NCBI GenBank assembly: GCA_964489445.1
Contig: CAZAYU010000001.1
Location: 210,276-274,275, forward strand
Length of the DNA: 64,000 nucleotides
DNA from: an uncultured Planctomycetia bacterium
GTDB lineage: Bacteria; Omnitrophota; Gorgyraeia; Duberdicusellales; 4484-171
Direction of reading: 5' to 3'
The notes under the pieces were generated by a model. That model searched no databases. It was not told the origin of the DNA and was given only the letters and a program-made list of their open reading frames with translations. The stretch's first letter is position 1. The number at the start of each line of letters is the position of its first letter. This document shows positions 60,490-64,000 of the stretch, one piece after another. Both the position numbers and the translations under genes were made by a program.

Positions 60490-62601
60490 CTATTTGAAAA
60501 GGCTATAGGTAATAATTACACCACTAAATACTATTGAAACCATAGACATTAGCTTAATCAGAATATTCAGAGAAGGTCCTGCTGTATCTTTAAACGGATC
60601 TCCCACTGTATCTCCGATTACCGCAGCTTTATGTGCGTCTGACCCTTTGCCTCCTAAATGTCCTTCTTCGATGTATTTCTTAGCATTATCCCATGCACCA
60701 CCAGAATTAGCCATCATGACTGCTAAAACAAAGCCAGAAGCTAACGCTCCTACCAAAAGTCCTACTTCACCCCGGACTCCCAATAGTAAGCCAGTTAGAA
60801 TGGGAGCAACAATCGCTAAAACAGCAGGAAGGATCATTTCCTTCTGCGCTGATTTAGTAGTTAAAGAAACACAAGTTGTATAATCAGCTTTAGCTTCACC
60901 AGTAAGCAACCCTTTAATATCCCTAAACTGCCGCCTAACTTCTTCAATAATTGAAGCAGCAGCTCTTCCTACAGCTTTTAATGATAGAGAGCAGAACACA
61001 AAAGGCATCATTGCTCCCACAAAAACTCCCACAATTACATTAGGATCAAGTAAACTTAGATTTAAATTCACTTCTCTTCCCAACCTAATAGATTCTTGAA
61101 CAATATGTGCTTTGTATGCAGCAATTAATGCTAAAGCGGTTAACGCCGCTGATCCAATAGCAAACCCTTTACCCGTTGCTGCTGTAGTATTCCCTAAGGA
61201 ATCAAGTTGATCAGTTCTTTGTCTTACCTCAGGTGGAAGTTTAGCCATCTCAGCATTACCACCGGCATTATCAGCAACTGGTCCATAAGCATCTGTTGCC
61301 AGCGTTATTCCTAGCGTAGAAAGCATTCCTACTGCAGATATTCCTACACCATAAAGGCCCATGCCAAAATTATCGAATCCTCCGCTAACTGCAAAGCTAC
61401 CTAATATCGCAACACCAACAGTAATTACCGCTCCAATAGGCGAAAGCATTCCTAAGGCAATTCCTTCAATTATTAATGTAGCTGGACCAGTCTTAGAAGT
61501 ATCAGCCAACACCCTTGCTGGTTTATATCCTGTTGAAGTAAAAAACTCGCTAAACCGCCCAATAATAACACCTGCTAATAATCCGATAATTACCGAGAAG
61601 AATACACCTAGATGCTCTGCTCCTAAATAGAATCGAACAATCACAAACGAAAAAACAATTACACAACCAGAAGCAACCAATACCCCCTTACGCAAAACCT
61701 TAAGTAAGTCTTTTTGAGTAGCGTTTTCCTTAGTTCGAACAAAAAAGAAACCGATTATGGAAGCTAATACTCCACAAGCGGCCATTAGCAATGGAGTAAT
61801 AATTCCTCTCAAACCCAAGCCAGCTGCTGCTGCTAAAGCAATTGTCGCAATTATCGAATCAACATATGATTCATATAAATCAGCTCCCATTCCAGCAACA
61901 TCTCCTACATTATCCCCCACCTGGTCAGCAATAACTGCCGGATTCCGCGGATCATCTTCCGGAATTCCTGCTTCAATCTTGCCCACTAAATCAGCTCCCA
62001 CATCAGCTGCTTTTGTGTAGATTCCTCCTCCTAAGCGAGCGAACAAAGCATAGCTTGATGCACCCATTCCTGAACAAAGCATTGTTGAAGCAATTATTGT
62101 AAATTTATCAAATCCTTCTGCTACCGGATGTGTTGAATACCACCAATTTAAAACACAACACCAATTAGCTAGATCTAACAACCCTAGCCCAACAACAATA
62201 AAACCCATTACGCTACCAGAAGAAAAAGCTACTCGTAAACCACCATTTAAGCTCACACTAGCCGCTTGCGCAGTGCGCGAAGAGGCCCTAGTAGCCACAG
62301 ACATACCTATCCATCCACATAAAGCAGACCAAATACCTCCGGTGATAAACGCAAACGGAACAAATATCGCTAAATATCCGTTTAAAGCCATGGTTAGTAA
62401 AAGAATAAAACCAACAACGAAAAAAATTGATACAACTTTATATTGTTGTTTTAAATATCCACGTGCACCTTCCGATACGTAATGCGCTATGCGTTTCATT
62501 TCGGCATTACCTTCAGGCTGTTTTAAAATCCAACGGACTAGATAACAACAAAAACTCAATGCCAGTAAAGAACCAGCGAATACAAATAAAATCGGCTTCA
62601 T
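60490..62601 (-). CDS. hppA: K+-dependent membrane-bound cation-translocating pyrophosphatase (likely Na+ or Na+/H+)
   Basis: [31 protein letters not shown] (Ala form = K+-dependent), [14 protein letters not shown]. Confidence 0.95.
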   Translation of the reverse strand: MKPILFVFAGSLLALSFCCYLVRWILKQPEGNAEMKRIAHYVSEGARGYLKQQYKVVSIFFVVGFILLLTMALNGYLAIFVPFAFITGGIWSALCGWIGMSVATRASSRTAQAASVSLNGGLRVAFSSGSVMGFIVVGLGLLDLANWCCVLNWWYSTHPVAEGFDKFTIIASTMLCSGMGASSYALFARLGGGIYTKAADVGADLVGKIEAGIPEDDPRNPAVIADQVGDNVGDVAGMGADLYESYVDSIIATIALAAAAGLGLRGIITPLLMAACGVLASIIGFFFVRTKENATQKDLLKVLRKGVLVASGCVIVFSFVIVRFYLGAEHLGVFFSVIIGLLAGVIIGRFSEFFTSTGYKPARVLADTSKTGPATLIIEGIALGMLSPIGAVITVGVAILGSFAVSGGFDNFGMGLYGVGISAVGMLSTLGITLATDAYGPVADNAGGNAEMAKLPPEVRQRTDQLDSLGNTTAATGKGFAIGSAALTALALIAAYKAHIVQESIRLGREVNLNLSLLDPNVIVGVFVGAMMPFVFCSLSLKAVGRAAASIIEEVRRQFRDIKGLLTGEAKADYTTCVSLTTKSAQKEMILPAVLAIVAPILTGLLLGVRGEVGLLVGALASGFVLAVMMANSGGAWDNAKKYIEEGHLGGKGSDAHKAAVIGDTVGDPFKDTAGPSLNILIKLMSMVSIVFSGVIITYSLFK

Positions 62602-62643
62602 TACCCTACCCTCCTTTTTTGTTATTTAATAATTCGGATAACT

Positions 62644-63927
<1,284 letters not shown>

Positions 63928-63939
63928 TCAACTTGGCTA

Positions 63940-64000
63940 TTATTTTTTAAAAAAATCCATCAACCCTTGTTCATCTACTTCCACCACTTGAAATATTCGC
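63940..64000 (-). CDS. Probable 3' end of an upstream gene (cut by window edge)
   Basis: Open frame RIFQVVEVDEQGLMDFFKK* ending about 40 nt before purA; too short to identify. Confidence 0.3.
   Translation of the reverse strand, partial: RIFQVVEVDEQGLMDFFKK

Overview
AT-rich bacterial chromosomal window in which every recognisable gene (about 70 CDS plus 3 tRNAs) lies on the minus strand. Positions ~1.1-31.8 kb hold one continuous translation/transcription superoperon: tRNA-Thr, rpmG, tRNA-Trp, secE, nusG, rplKAJL, rpoBC, str, S10, spc and alpha clusters, followed by an aminotransferase. rpmD is absent and there is no second tuf. The rest is mostly housekeeping: ligA, fmt, a degenerate priA, glycosyltransferases, RNA-modification enzymes, uvrA, NAD/pantothenate/folate genes, lgt, queH, rpe, a GH5 hydrolase, a membrane pyrophosphatase and purA. 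Gene content and order suggest a PVC-related lineage such as Ca. Omnitrophota (inference, not verified). The most unusual part is 42.3-48 kb. It holds a TPR-ExbB-ExbD-TonB-like-Zn ribbon-wHTH-PilX-like cluster whose TonB-like gene is split by a -1 frameshift behind two tandem slippery sites. It also holds an exact 86-bp duplication of the tRNA-Ala 5' end and leader that brackets two REP-like GAA-loop hairpin units. No CRISPR array, rRNA, transposase or integrase was seen. All assignments come from reading motifs by eye; no searches were run.
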